A stretch of 64,000 bases of DNA. Source: Okamejei kenojei (taxonomy: Eukaryota). The notes beneath the pieces are model-generated. The model did no database searches, was not told the origin of the DNA, and saw only the letters and a program-made list of their open reading frames with translations. The stretch's first letter is position 1. The number at the start of each line of letters is the position of its first letter. This document shows positions 35,245 to 47,419 of this stretch, piece by piece. Location: positions 80,166,001-80,230,000 of the forward strand of contig CM069137.1 in NCBI GenBank assembly GCA_035221665.1, read 5' to 3'. The position numbers and the translations under genes were made by a program.

Positions 35245-36560
35245 AGTAGTTTAGTTTAGTTTAGTTTATAGATAGACACCGTGGAAGCAGGCCCTTTGGC
35301 TCACCGGGTCTATGCCGACAGCGATCACCCGTACACTAATTCAATCCTACACACTCGGCACAATCTTGTAGCAATGTTACAAAATTTTGAGATTTTAAAA
35401 ATCAAGTCTGCAATTTATCCCATCAGATAACGCATAAAAAGAAGTTTAATTTGACACCTAATTCACTTTCATATCTTCAGTATTAAAAAGATTTTGGCCA
35501 TTTTCATTCTTGACTTAACACAAAAGCTGTGATCTAGAACAGTCAAAAGCCCATAACTTTCTTAAAAATTAAGAGAACTCAATGAAATGTTCAGTTATTA
35601 TAGATTGAAGCATTCTGAAACAAATATGAAACAATATTACTTGGATGACCTGAAATTAAAGCATATAATTAGTTAGTTATCTAATTGTAGCTAATTACAA
35701 AATTCAATTACTAGATCTAAACATCTATCAATTTCTTAAAAAATGATAAACATTTTTAAATTGCCTAAGTGTCCAAATAACATTCACACAATAATCCACA
35801 ATATAACATGATTTTTAAATCTCATTTTCATGAATTTATAGGCCAAATGGAAGGAATTTAGTGTTTAATGCCCGTAAATTAATGGCCATTTAAATCAACG
35901 CGAGTGGGTTTTAGTGGAACGCGGTGGATTGGAACGTGGCGGTTTGCGGTGAAGTCGGCATGAAAAACACCGCCGGTTCTTTTTTTTTTTTTGTCCCCTC
36001 CTCGCAACATGAAAATGTGATTAAATGCTTCCTAAAAAACAAGTTATTATTTAAAAATAAACTGTGTCGCTTCTTTTATTGCCTACGTTAGATCCGTTCT
36101 GCTGTCAGCGTTCAGAGCTTTGGAAGATGATTTTTAAACTATTCTAGTTAATAAATAATCTATCGTAGTTTAAAAATAACTTCATGAATGAAATGTCGGA
36201 GCGATTTCTCTTTAGCGACGAAATCGCCCGACATGGATCGATTTGGACTGTCTAGGGAAAAACGGGATTTTAAACCCGCCCCCCTCTGAAAGGCGCCAAA
36301 GTCACGCACACGGGTGGCGGCAGAACTGCAGCCCCGCTCAAGCTAGGTATTGTAACATACCTACAATTTACAAATGCCAATTAACCTGCCAACCTGCACC
36401 TCTTCGGAGTGTAAGAGAAAACCGGAGCACCCGGAGAAAACCCAAGTGGTCACAGGTAGAACATACAAATTCTGTATAGACTGCACCCGTAGTCAGGATC
36501 GAACCCGGGTCTCTGGCGCTGTGAGGCAGCAACTCTACCGCTGCACCAACGTGCCAGCCC
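35245..36560 (-). mobile_element. V-SINE interrupted by a 1-kb TIR element
   Basis: Tail at 35245-35367; V-domain and head at 36365-36560. Confidence 0.8.
35368..36364. mobile_element. Non-autonomous DNA transposon, superfamily unassigned
   Basis: Imperfect TIRs GTAGCAATGTTACAA / TTGTAACATACCTAC; cleanly interrupts a SINE; no ORF. Confidence 0.7.
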
Positions 36561-37504
36561 AGTAGTGGGGAGAAAGCTGGAAAAAAGAGACGTGGACGGG
36601 ACAAAGGTGGGCAAGTGACAGAAGATGGTTGAAAAGCAGGAGAGCAGCAGGAATCGCAGAGGGGGAGCAGTGTGAGATGGTCTCACACAACTCCCGTCGG
36701 AGAGAGTAGCAGTATTTTAAGGAGATTTTGCAGCAGAGTCTTTAAGTGGAGGCATGTGGAACCGCAGATGCTGGAATCCTAAGCAAAACACAAGGTGCTG
36801 GAGTATTGCAGCGGGCCAGACAAGGTACAGGCTTTGTATTGGAGCCGTTAACCATGTACACATACAAACCAGGCAGAAGGAAAGGAAAGTGTAAATAAAC
36901 CGGAAATCATGAATGGGATTCAAATGTTCACATTGCCCCTCCTGCCTCAGGGCTGAAACAAACATTGTGAACATCTCCCAAGTATTCCACCTCATGAATC
37001 TCATACACTTCCCCTATGGGCACATCCCTCAAAGAAACTCTGTTTAAAATCAAGTGGTGTGGGGGATAAACAGCTGTCACTCCTCCATTTTAATTGCATC
37101 CATGAAAACAAACGTTGGGAATTGGTACAACTGGTGGCTGACACTCACTGCCTCATCTCACATGAGTTACCCTAGGTAAACTTTGACATGCATTTAGTAC
37201 AGCTCTGGGGCACTGATACAGCACTTCCAATGTTCATTCCTTTGCACAAGGACCGCCAAATAAATTAAAGATTGCTGAGATGCGTGTAATGTGGTCCTCG
37301 ACGAAAGCATTCCCTGAGAATCTGCTGAAGAGCAGCTGTGGCAAAGGGAATTGAAAAGTTGGATGGTGTGCAAGCTAAACTAATACTAATGCAAGGAAAC
37401 TGTGGCATCAGCAACTCAACAATGAGTTTCTCAGTAGTTACCAGATCTGGTATCGTTACAGCAAACCCATCACTGTATGTTTGCAACACATTTGCCTTCC
37501 AGTT

Positions 37505-37706
37505 GTGTAGGAGCGAACAGCAGATGCTAGTTTACACAGAAGACAGACACAAAGTGCTGGAGTAACTCGGCATGTCAGGCAACATCTCTGGACAAATGGA
37601 ATGGGAATAAGAATGCAGTCTGACGAAGACTTCCAACCCGAACGTCACCCATTCCGTTTCTCCACAGATGCTGCCTGACCCGCTGAGTTACTCGAGCATT
37701 TTGTGT
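37505..37706. mobile_element. Penelope-terminus-derived fold-back element (degraded)
   Basis: Same arms as 34552-34817; core ctgacgaag...cccgaacgtc. Confidence 0.7.
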
Positions 37707-38639
37707 TTAACTTCCAGTTTCCTGATATCTTTGCCTACATATTAAATGTTTTTATCTGCCAGTGTTACTGTCCACCTGGTGGTCCACCTCTTCATGGATC
37801 ATACAGGAACTTTTCAAGAAATCACAATGCCCTTGATTATATGGAACAAGTTTTATTGATGCTTAGTACTGGTGATCAATCTTCACTTGGTGGAAGAGTG
37901 GGGTTTGGATTCAGGTTCTAGCTTTCAACCTTTCTGAAGCATGGGTATTTCAGGAAAAAATGTCTCTCAACCTTTGTTAAGTACATTTATTATTTATTGA
38001 ACTTTTATTTGTTTGATTTATCATGTTATCTATTGAGCATTGTGTTTGCAGACCTGTTACGCTGCTGCAGGTAAGAATTTCATTGTTCCTTTTCACTATA
38101 TATGACAATTAAACACTCTTGACTTGACCGTTTATCTGTTTAAAGTGCTTCTCAAAAATTGGTCATGTTTGTATTACTGTGAATTACTGCTGTGTTATAC
38201 ACCTGATTTGGTACCAAGAAGTTACATATCATGGAAAAGATATCAGGACACATTTATTCCTGAACCATTGACAGCAGCATATTCAAGAACAAATGTATAT
38301 ATTTTACATCAGATTTTTCTTGAAGAAAGTCTTCCTCACTTAATTGTTCTGCAAAGCTTTCTCAAATTATTAACCAACGCAGGAAAAAGCTCTATAGTCC
38401 ACAATGCCTGTGCTAAACATTATGTCATATTAAACTTAGTCCCTTTTGCCTGCACATGATCCATACACCTTCATCAAGTGTTTTTTTGTCATATGTCCCG
38501 AAAATGGAACAATTAAATTCTTACTTGCAGCAACACACCCGATACGTAAATGTATTACACCGTAAATCCCATAGTAAAGAACAACAAAAGTTCAGTATAT
38601 ATTATATATTAAAACACAGAAAAATAAAGAGACAATAGC

Positions 38640-39102
38640 AGTACATCCCTTATATCCTTGTGTCTATCTAAAAGTCTTTTAAATACCACTATTGTATTTG
38701 CTTCCACTGCACTCCTGCAAGTGCATTCCAAGCACCCACCACTCTGTGTAAAATTTATTCCCCCACATCTCTGTTAAATCTACCTCTTTTATTTTAAAGC
38801 TATGCCCTTCGAGTCTTTGACATTTCCACCCAGGGGTCTCCCCGCAACCTCCGACACTCGATCTCTCTTTATAGCTAATGCCCTCTAATCCAGGCAGCAT
38901 CCTGATAAACCTCTTTCGCACTTTCTACAAAGCCTCAACATCCTCGCTGTATTGCAGCAACCAGACTGCATACAAAACTCCAAATGCAGCCAGTTAAAAA
39001 TGCACCAAAACTTCCTGACTCTTATACTCAATGCCCTGACTGATGAAAGCAATCATACTCTAATGCCTTCTTTACCATGCTGCCTACGTGTGCTGCTACG
39101 TT
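38640..39102 (-). mobile_element. CR1 LINE fragment
   Basis: RKRFIRMLPGLEGISYKER. Confidence 0.75.
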
Positions 39103-41280
39103 CAGGCCTGAAATAAACTGCTCTGTGAGGTTAAGTCTGCAAGCACCCACGGTTGGCGCTCTGAGGTCGATCCCAGGCGAAGTGATTGTGGGCTCCACGA
39201 TGAGAAAGTCCCGTAGGCTCCCCACGGTGGACCTCTCAAAAGTCGGTCTCCCATAAAGGCCGCCAAATCTTTGATGTTAGGCCGCAGTGCGGACAGAGAT
39301 GCGATACTGAAAAAAATCACATCTCTGTTGAGGTAAGATATTAGAAACAGTTTCCCCCAACCCTCCCACTCCCAACCCCCCACATAAAACAAGCTAAAGA
39401 ACACTAAAAACATACATTTAACACATATTATTAAAATGCAAAGAAAGAAAGGACAGTCAGACTATTGGCGAGGCAGCCATACACACCAATTCAACATAGC
39501 TTTTCATTACAAAAACTGATGCCTTGAGGAGCATCTAACAAAAAGTCAATTATGTCTAACAATTGCATGTCTAACAAAAAGTTAATTATGGAGTAATATC
39601 CTTTGTGTGGACACTTTCCTATTGAATAATGCCTCTGAGATAGGAACACTGATCCACCATCCCTGAAACAGGAACATTCATCCATTTCGCATGACAAGTT
39701 TTCCCCATCTTGTCTTTCTCTTGACAGGTTGGATCCATGAGAGGGATAGTTTGGGTAATTGCACAGAGTCTCTGGCCCAAAGTACTATCGCTTTGTTTAA
39801 GAAGTATTCCGTTAGGTACATGGATATCAATGGATATTTATTGTCACATATGCAATTAAACATTACACAGTGAAATTCATTTTGCCCAAACCGTCATCCT
39901 TCTCATCTCCTTGTCGACCATCTTGTGTCCCGGGGGCAGCCTGTAGGATAGGTTCAGAGGGATAGGGGCCAAACACAGGTAGGTGGGACTAGTGTTGATG
40001 GGGCATGTTGGTCAGCGTGGGCATGTTGGGCTGGGCAGTCTGTTTCCACGCCGTATGACTCTATGAGGATAGCTGCATTTTCCTTCTGTTAGAAAATATT
40101 TAGTTTGAACATTGACCTCTGTTTCAGACCTGAGGAATTTCACTGCAGTAACTTCATCACAGCCTTCCCACTGTGCGAGGAAACATTCTCAAAATCATGA
40201 GAAGAAACTACTGGCTTCACATGGCCTTTTCAGCTTTGAAATCGATCAGCACATGATAAACTGCATTGACCAGCCAGCCATTGCAAAGCTGTCCTGAGCA
40301 GCAGTGACTGCCAAGGAAGACCAACCTTCTTGCTCTACAGCCTTCTCAGATGTGTAAGGTGGAATAACGTGTTGGATGATATTTATCCTTCATTAAAATT
40401 GGTCTCTTTCATATTTAGCCAATTTTATGTGGGTCCAGAAAAGGGACCAGAAAAGGTGGAGCTGAGCTGCCTGCCTGAACCACTGCAATAACAGTGAAGG
40501 TAACATCACTGCTTTTGGGCAGGGAGGTCCAGGATTTAGACCCAGCACTGTTGATGTTTCAGGACCAGTGATGAATTTCCATGTCACAATGTGCAAGTGG
40601 GAGGGAAACTTGTCGTTGTTGTTGTTCTCATGCATCTCCTTGTCTTGATTGGTGATGGAGGTCATGGGTCTGGGCTGGGGGTGTGGGAGAGGGTTGTTGT
40701 CAGAGTAGCTTGCGTAAATAATATATAGAGCAAGCTGCCAGAGGAACTAGTTAAGGATGGTACAAAGACAGCATTTAAAAGACATTTGGACAGGTACATG
40801 GATTGGAAAGGATTAGAGGGTTATGGCTAGATGTGGTTAAATGTGATTAGTTTAGATTGGAAATCTTTGCGACATGGATGAGTTGGGCTGGAAGTCCGGA
40901 TGTGTCGGTGGGACAACTCTCCCAGTTTAGGCACCAGTCTCCAGTTGTTTGTGAGAAGGACTTTGTAAGGTTGACTATGCTGGCAGTGACCTTACTGTGC
41001 CCAGGTTTGTTGCCTACGTCAATACCAGTGGCTCTATGTAGTTTATTCCTCCTCTGGTCAAAGGTAACAGGAACAGGTCAACTGCGTGACTTATGAGAGT
41101 CATTAAGTGTTATCCACTTGGGGTCAGACCAGCCAAGCCAGGATGACAGATGATTAATGAGCCTGATGTTTGTTTTTTAATGATAGTTCTGTAGTTTGCA
41201 TCATTACTAAGACTGGGTGGCCAAAGTCCAGACTATTAACTGAATTTAAATTACAGAGTTGATGTGATGGATTTGAATTA

Positions 41281-41585
41281 GGGGCAGCACAGTAGCATCG
41301 TGGTAGAGCTGCTGCCTCACAGCGCCAGAGATCCGGGTTTGATCCTGACCTCAGGTGCTGTCTGTCTGTACGTGAGTTTGCATATTCTCCCTGTGACTGC
41401 GTGGTCCCACATTCCAAAGACGTGCATGTTTGTAGGTTAATTGGCTTCCCTAAATTGCCCCTAGTGCTTAGGGAATGGATGTGAAAGTGGGATACATAGA
41501 GCTAGTGTGAAAGGGTGACCGATGGTCAGCATGGACTCGGTGGACCGAAGGGCCTGTTTCCGTGCTCTCTCTGAACTAAAACCAA
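41281..41585 (+). mobile_element. V-SINE
   Basis: tRNA head, V-domain, tail. Confidence 0.85.
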
Positions 41586-41727
41586 AACTCTGGATTGTTA
41601 GTGATGTTCCTGGAACATCTCTCAGCCTTAATGCCCATAGCTATAGGAAGACTAATATCCAGTTATTTAATGGGTTAGAACAAGAGGCTGGCAGGTCAGA
41701 ACAGAACAAGAGAACCATCATCACTCT

Positions 41728-42051
41728 GAGTTTAGATACAGCACAGATACAGGCCCTTTGGCCCACCGAGTCTGCACCGACCAGCAAAATCCGCACATTA
41801 ACACAAGCCAACACACACCGAGGGACAATTTACATTTATACCAAGTATACAAACCCAAGCCAATTAACCTACCAACCATTACATCTTTGGAGTGTGGGAG
41901 GAAACTGTAGATTTTGGAGAAAACTCATGTGGTCACAGGGAGAACGTACCAAACACTTTACAGATTGACCCGTATTCAGGAACGAACCTGGGTCTCCTAC
42001 GCGGCAAACACGGTAAGGCAGCAACTCTTCCGCTGCGCCACTGTGCCGCCC
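41728..42051 (-). mobile_element. V-SINE
   Basis: Complete on the minus strand. Confidence 0.85.
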
Positions 42052-43011
42052 ACTCTCGTCTGACCTAGGCCTGTACTTGAAAAGGCAACATAATTAAAAA
42101 AGCTTTTCTGGCTCATGCAAGGACCTGTTCTGTGCATGAGAGGGAATTTAAGTAAATAATACTGGAAAGCTGACCTCTGATTTTCTGCTTTTGATGGCAT
42201 AAAGATACAAAACCTCTGGGAAATTTACACTGCTGTACAAACTCCATCTCCATGCAGCAGGAACAGTTGTACTAAACAATAGAAAAATAAATGTTTTCGC
42301 TGTTTGTCAAAGTTTAATGTTTTCAGCGATGTTCCTTTGATAAATACAAAGGTTACATTACATCCTGGTACAATACATCCTGGTTAGCTCAAATTTCTCA
42401 ATAACTAAACCTAAGCACCCAATTATCCAATATCTCAGAAATATATTCCCTTTCAAGAAGAAAAGACCCTTTAATGATCATCCTAAATATAATTAAAGAT
42501 TACATTTGTTACATATTAGCTATAACATACAGATAGTAGTTCATATTCAAATATGAAAATTTCATGATAAAATTAATCACTCAATATTCCAAAAACTTCA
42601 ACAAGATTCATCACAAGGCCAAACCAAGTCTCCAATGGAGACAAGGCCAAACCAAGACTTTAATGGACGTCTCAGCTTGGCACTGCTATTGGTATTGGTT
42701 TACTACTGTAACGTGTATCATGATACAGTGAAAAGTGCTTAGATGATATCAAGCCAGATCAAATCACAGCATACATGAGTACAATCAAGTTATACATGAG
42801 AACAGCAGGTGGTGTAAAGAGAAAAATACCAGAGTTCAGAATATGGTGTCCAACATCTGTAATGTGGTAGGTTGGAAGATTGGGACTGCAATCCAGCTTA
42901 CGGGAGGACCGTTCAGTAGTCTGATAACAGTGGAGAAGAAGCTGTAGGTGAATCTGGTGGTACATGCTTTCAAGTTTTTGGTATCAGCAGAACTGTTCCC
43001 AAACTAAAGAT

Positions 43012-45437
43012 TTTAAAATTTTATTTATTTATTTTTAATTCATATTTTTATTAGAAGCAATGTACAGTAGTATAAACTGCGGCATATGACAAAATACATT
43101 TTGTGTACAACTTCTATTTTCAATTTAACAAGAAAGAGGTAGAACAAGCGAGAAAGAATGAGAAAAAGAAAGAGTGAAGGGAGTAGTGATGTGTAAACCC
43201 CTAGACTACCAGACGTGCAGTCCGGGGGTGAACAAGTGATAGCCTATAGAAAAATAAAGACAAAAACCCCTAAAATAAATTTAAAAAAAAAGAAAGGAAA
43301 GAAAAGAAAAGAGAAAAGAAAAAGAAAGAAAAAAAAGGGACCCTTATGTGTGGATATACCTGCTTCATATCTCACCACACCCATCACCCAGTTCGTGAAT
43401 CGGTTTATTTCCAGAGTTGTGTTGCACCATATTATACTTGTAATGAATCAATAAAAGGAGACCATTACTTTAAAAATTGTTCTGATATTCCTGCTAAGAC
43501 AAGTCTCATATCTTCAAGATGTAGCGTCTCAGACATGCTTGTGATCCACACTTTAAGCGTTGGGGTGGATGCAATAGTATAGGTTTTTTTTTTGCCATTA
43601 TCAGGCCGTAGTTAAGGAAACGTCTTTGAAATATTGATCTCAGAGCAGACACCTGTTGTTCCAAAAATAATCAATTCTGTATGGGGGTCCAAGTTTTTGT
43701 TTTTTAATAATTTTGTGAAGATTTCAAAGATTTCTTTCCAAAATGTACGGAGTTTTATGCAGGAGGCGAAGGAGTGTGTTATAGTTGCTTCTGAATTCTT
43801 TCGAAACTTTCGAATTCAGCGATAAGCCACACAAACTTCTGGCACGTCAGCTGAAAAAACTGGAAAAGGATCATATTATTCTAAAAATCGAATCAGATAA
43901 AGGTGAATTGTTAACGCTGCCTAAAGACATTAATAAAAGATTTGCTCAATTCCATCAAAACAACAACAGACAGCACTAAAATTATAAATTTTCTGGACAA
44001 CTGCAAACTCCCAAAACTCAATCCATTGGAACAAAAGGAACTAGGAGCACAGGTTTCAATTAAAGAAATAGAAGAGACAATAAATTCACAGAAGAATGGT
44101 AAAACACCGGGACCAGATAGATTCAGTAATGAATTTTATAAAATATTTACGAGATAATCTCACCACATTTACACAAGCTTTATACATATGCATTTAAAGA
44201 ACAGACACTACCAGAAACACTAGCGGAATCAACTATTACACTCATACCCAAAAAAGATAAAGACCTAGAAGATCCGGATTCATACAGAGCTATTGCATTA
44301 TTATATACAGATCAGAAAATACTAGCAAAAACTCTGGCAAGAAGATTAAGCAAATACGTTAGTAAATTAATACATGCGGATCAAACGGGGTTTATACCCA
44401 AGAGGCATTCATTTAATAATCTGTGACGTCTTTTTAATATAATGTATTCACACAAAATTGAAGAAGAAGACTTATCAATTATTTTTCTCCCACAAATTCT
44501 CTACTTATTTCAAGCACCTTATTTCTGATCTGTATATATACCTACTTCCTTTTTTTTAAAACTTGTCTCCAACATCACAAATTTTATTTGGGAATATAAA
44601 TCACATAGAATTCATAGGCGACACCTATGTAAACCCAACGAATTTGGTGGACTGGCACTCCCCAATTTCTTGCACTATTACTGGGCAGTGAATATTAAAA
44701 TGTAATTTACTGGTTGGACAATTCAGCCCAACAGGTAGAGTGGTTAACAATGCAGAGAGAGGATTGTTCGCCTTTTAACATTCTTTCCCCAATAAAGATC
44801 CTTCTCTCCCCAATAAAATTGAAGAATACAATATACAAGAAAAATCCGATTATTCATAGCACCTTACGAATTTGGAGACAAGTAAAACTTACTCTTAAAT
44901 TAAGAATTTATCTCTTCTCTCTCCTATAGCTAATAATCTGTCATTCAAACTATCTACTATAGGTAAGACGTTTACTCACTGGGAAAGACTAGGAATCAAA
45001 ATGATTGGAGATTTATACGCAATGGGAAACCTTTTATCATTTCAGAAATTACAATCTGAGAGGTAATCAATATTTTTGATACCTTCAAATTTGAGATTAT
45101 TTGAAAAAATATACACACGAATATCAAAGCCAGATATATTAGATGAAGGTATGAATAGAAACGCAGAGTCAAATAATTTAATATTATACTTGTATAATAT
45201 CATTCTAAATATAGAAATTCCATCCTCAGATGCAATTAGAAGAGAGTGGGAACAGGAATTAAGTTTAAAAATTCCCAAAGACAGATAGGATAAATATCTT
45301 CTATATGTACATAACTGCTCGATTAATGTAAGACATATTCTAATCCAATTTAAAATATTACATAGACTATATTACTCAAAAACTAAACTGAACAAAATGT
45401 TTCCAAATGTATCCCCCATCTGTGACAAATGTTTATC
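43012..45437 (-). mobile_element. 5'-inverted L1/Tx1 insertion (3' part on minus ~43012-43793; ORF2 part inverted ~43794-45437)
   Basis: T-rich tail at 43012-43050; EATITHSFASC on minus; KPHKLLARQL, GKTPGPD, DQTGFI, QFKILHRL, CDKC on plus; TSD TCCCAAACTAAAGAT (42997-43011, 45438-45452). Confidence 0.9.
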
Positions 45438-45509
45438 TCCCAAACTAAAGATAGACACAAAAAGCTGAAGCCACTCAGCGGGACAGGCAGCATCTCTGGG
45501 GAGAAGGAA

Positions 45510-45875
45510 TGGTTGTGATGCAACCTGATAGAATGCTTTCTATGCTGTAGAAGTTGGTCGGAATTGTTGACTTGCAAAGCTTTCTTGGTCTCCTGAGGAA
45601 GTAGGGGCTTTGGTGTGTTTTTTTGGCCGTAGATTCGACGTGGTTGGTCCAGGACAAACTGTTGGTGATATTTATGCCTAGAAACTTGAAACTGTCTACC
45701 ATTATACTTCAGCACCACTGATGCTGATAGGGGCATGTAATCCATGTTGCCCGAGGTCAATAACTAGCTCAATAAAGAGGGAGAAATTGTTGGTTTGACA
45801 CCATGTTGCTGAGCTCTCTAACTCATTTCTGTACTCAGTTTTGTCTTTGCTTTTAAATCCTGTCTACTATGGTGA
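45510..45875 (-). mobile_element. L2/Rex-Babar-like LINE RT fragment
   Basis: VDSFKFLGINITNSLSWTNH...IESILSGCIT. Confidence 0.75.
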
Positions 45876-45952
45876 CACTCAGTGGATATACTCAGTGCAT
45901 CTCAGTGGATATTTTTAAAGCAGAGATAAATAGATTCTTGATTAGTACGGGT

Positions 45953-46006
45953 GTGGTGGAAGATTGCAACCTTCACGTGGTCCGCCCTGTTTCAACAAAT
46001 GCAATC
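45953..46006 (+). ncRNA. Minimal HDV-like ribozyme lacking P4
   Basis: P1 (GT)GGTGG/CCGCCCT, P2 GATTGCA/TGCAATC, P3 ACC/GGT, L3 TTCACGT, J4/2 C-AAA. Confidence 0.75.
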
Positions 46007-46095
46007 AACCTGGCGTGCACAATCAATAAGATCAAATAGAACAAGTTGTCCTATAAAGTTAGGCTGTGCACACCATACGCAAGAAGAAGAAGAAC
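45955..46095 (+). mobile_element. ~140-bp short retroposon with minimal HDV-like ribozyme head and (AAG)n tail, copy 2
   Basis: 14-bp TSD ATTAGTACGGGTGT (45941-45954, 46096-46109); (AAG)4 tail. Confidence 0.9.
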
Positions 46096-46854
46096 ATTAG
46101 TACGGGTGTCAGGGGTTATGGGGAGAAGGCAGGAGAATGGGGTTAAGAGGGAGAGATAGATCAGCCATGATTGAAAGACGGAGTAGACTTGATGGGCCAA
46201 ATGGCCAAATTCTATTCCTATTCCTTATGACCTTATGACACCATCTGTAAAATTGTAAATGGAATTTGAGCAGAATTTGAGTGCCCAGCCGAAAGTAAAC
46301 AGGGAATATAGTTAGGAGCTGAATATGCATCCTGGTGGAGCATGGGAGTAGAATTATGGTGGAGGATGCTTTTTTGCCTATCCTCACACATTGTGGTCAA
46401 TGGGTTAGAAACGTAAGGATCCAGTGGCAAAGAAGGAGTTGACACTTTGGTCAGGAGTTTGGAGATAGAGAAGAGTTTGGAGGTTTGAGTCTAACACTTT
46501 CTTTCATCCTGACCATTGCCTCACCCCTATCCCAATCTAAACATAGAAGTTCACAAGTTTTAAGCCATAAATTCACAGAAACCACAACCTTTGCAGAATC
46601 CTCTTCCCTCAGGGATTAACATACGATTGCATTGCCCCCACCTCTTTAAGTGGCAGCGATATACAGGGTTTGGAGGAAGGCAGAATTTAACAATCCAGAT
46701 GTGATACAAGGACTGTGCATCAATAAGTAACATTGTATCCTTGTGTAGGAAGGAACTGCAGATGCTGGTTTAAACCAAAGATAGACTCAAAAAGCTGGAG
46801 TAACTCAGCTGGACAGGCAGCATCTCTGGATGCTGGACAGGCAGCATCTTTTGT

Positions 46855-47355
46855 CCCTTGTGACCCAATGGGAAGTACACAGAAAGAACGTGCAAACTCC
46901 ACACAGTCACCACCCAAGTTCAGGATTGAACCTGGGTCTTTGGCACTGTGAGGCAGCAGCTCTATCAGCTGCTCCACTGTACCATACTTATACAATTTTT
47001 GTACAAGTTTGTTTTTTGTGCGAGCCTTTGTGTGGGTGAATTATTTTAGTTTAGTTTAGAGATACAAAGAGGAAACAGGCCCTTTGGCCCACCGGGTCCT
47101 CACTGACCAACGATCCCCATATCCTAGCACAATCCTATACGCTGGGGACAATTTATAATCTTTACCGAAGTCAAATTAACCGACAAGGCGGTATGTCTTT
47201 GGAGTGTGGGAGGAAACTGGAGCACCCAGGGAAAATCCACGCAGTCACTGGGAGAATGTACAATTTCTGTATAGACAGCACACAGAGTCGGGGTCAAATC
47301 TGGGTCTCTGGCATTGTAAGGCAGCAACTCTATCATGGATCCACTGTGCCGCCCT
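46855..47355 (-). mobile_element. Two V-SINE copies (partial 46855-46980; full 47045-47355)
   Basis: Reverse-complement head, V-domain and tail motifs. Confidence 0.8.
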
Positions 47356-47419
47356 AAAAGTTAACTGCTGTGTTTCTGCATTCATCCTGTGTATACACTT
47401 CAAATGTACATTGTGATGT

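Larger units (their letters stand above)
45900..46238 (+). mobile_element. CR1 3' end hosting the ribozyme-headed retroposon
   Basis: Matches the CR1 tail at 15760-15930, split at attagtacgggtgt. Confidence 0.8.
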
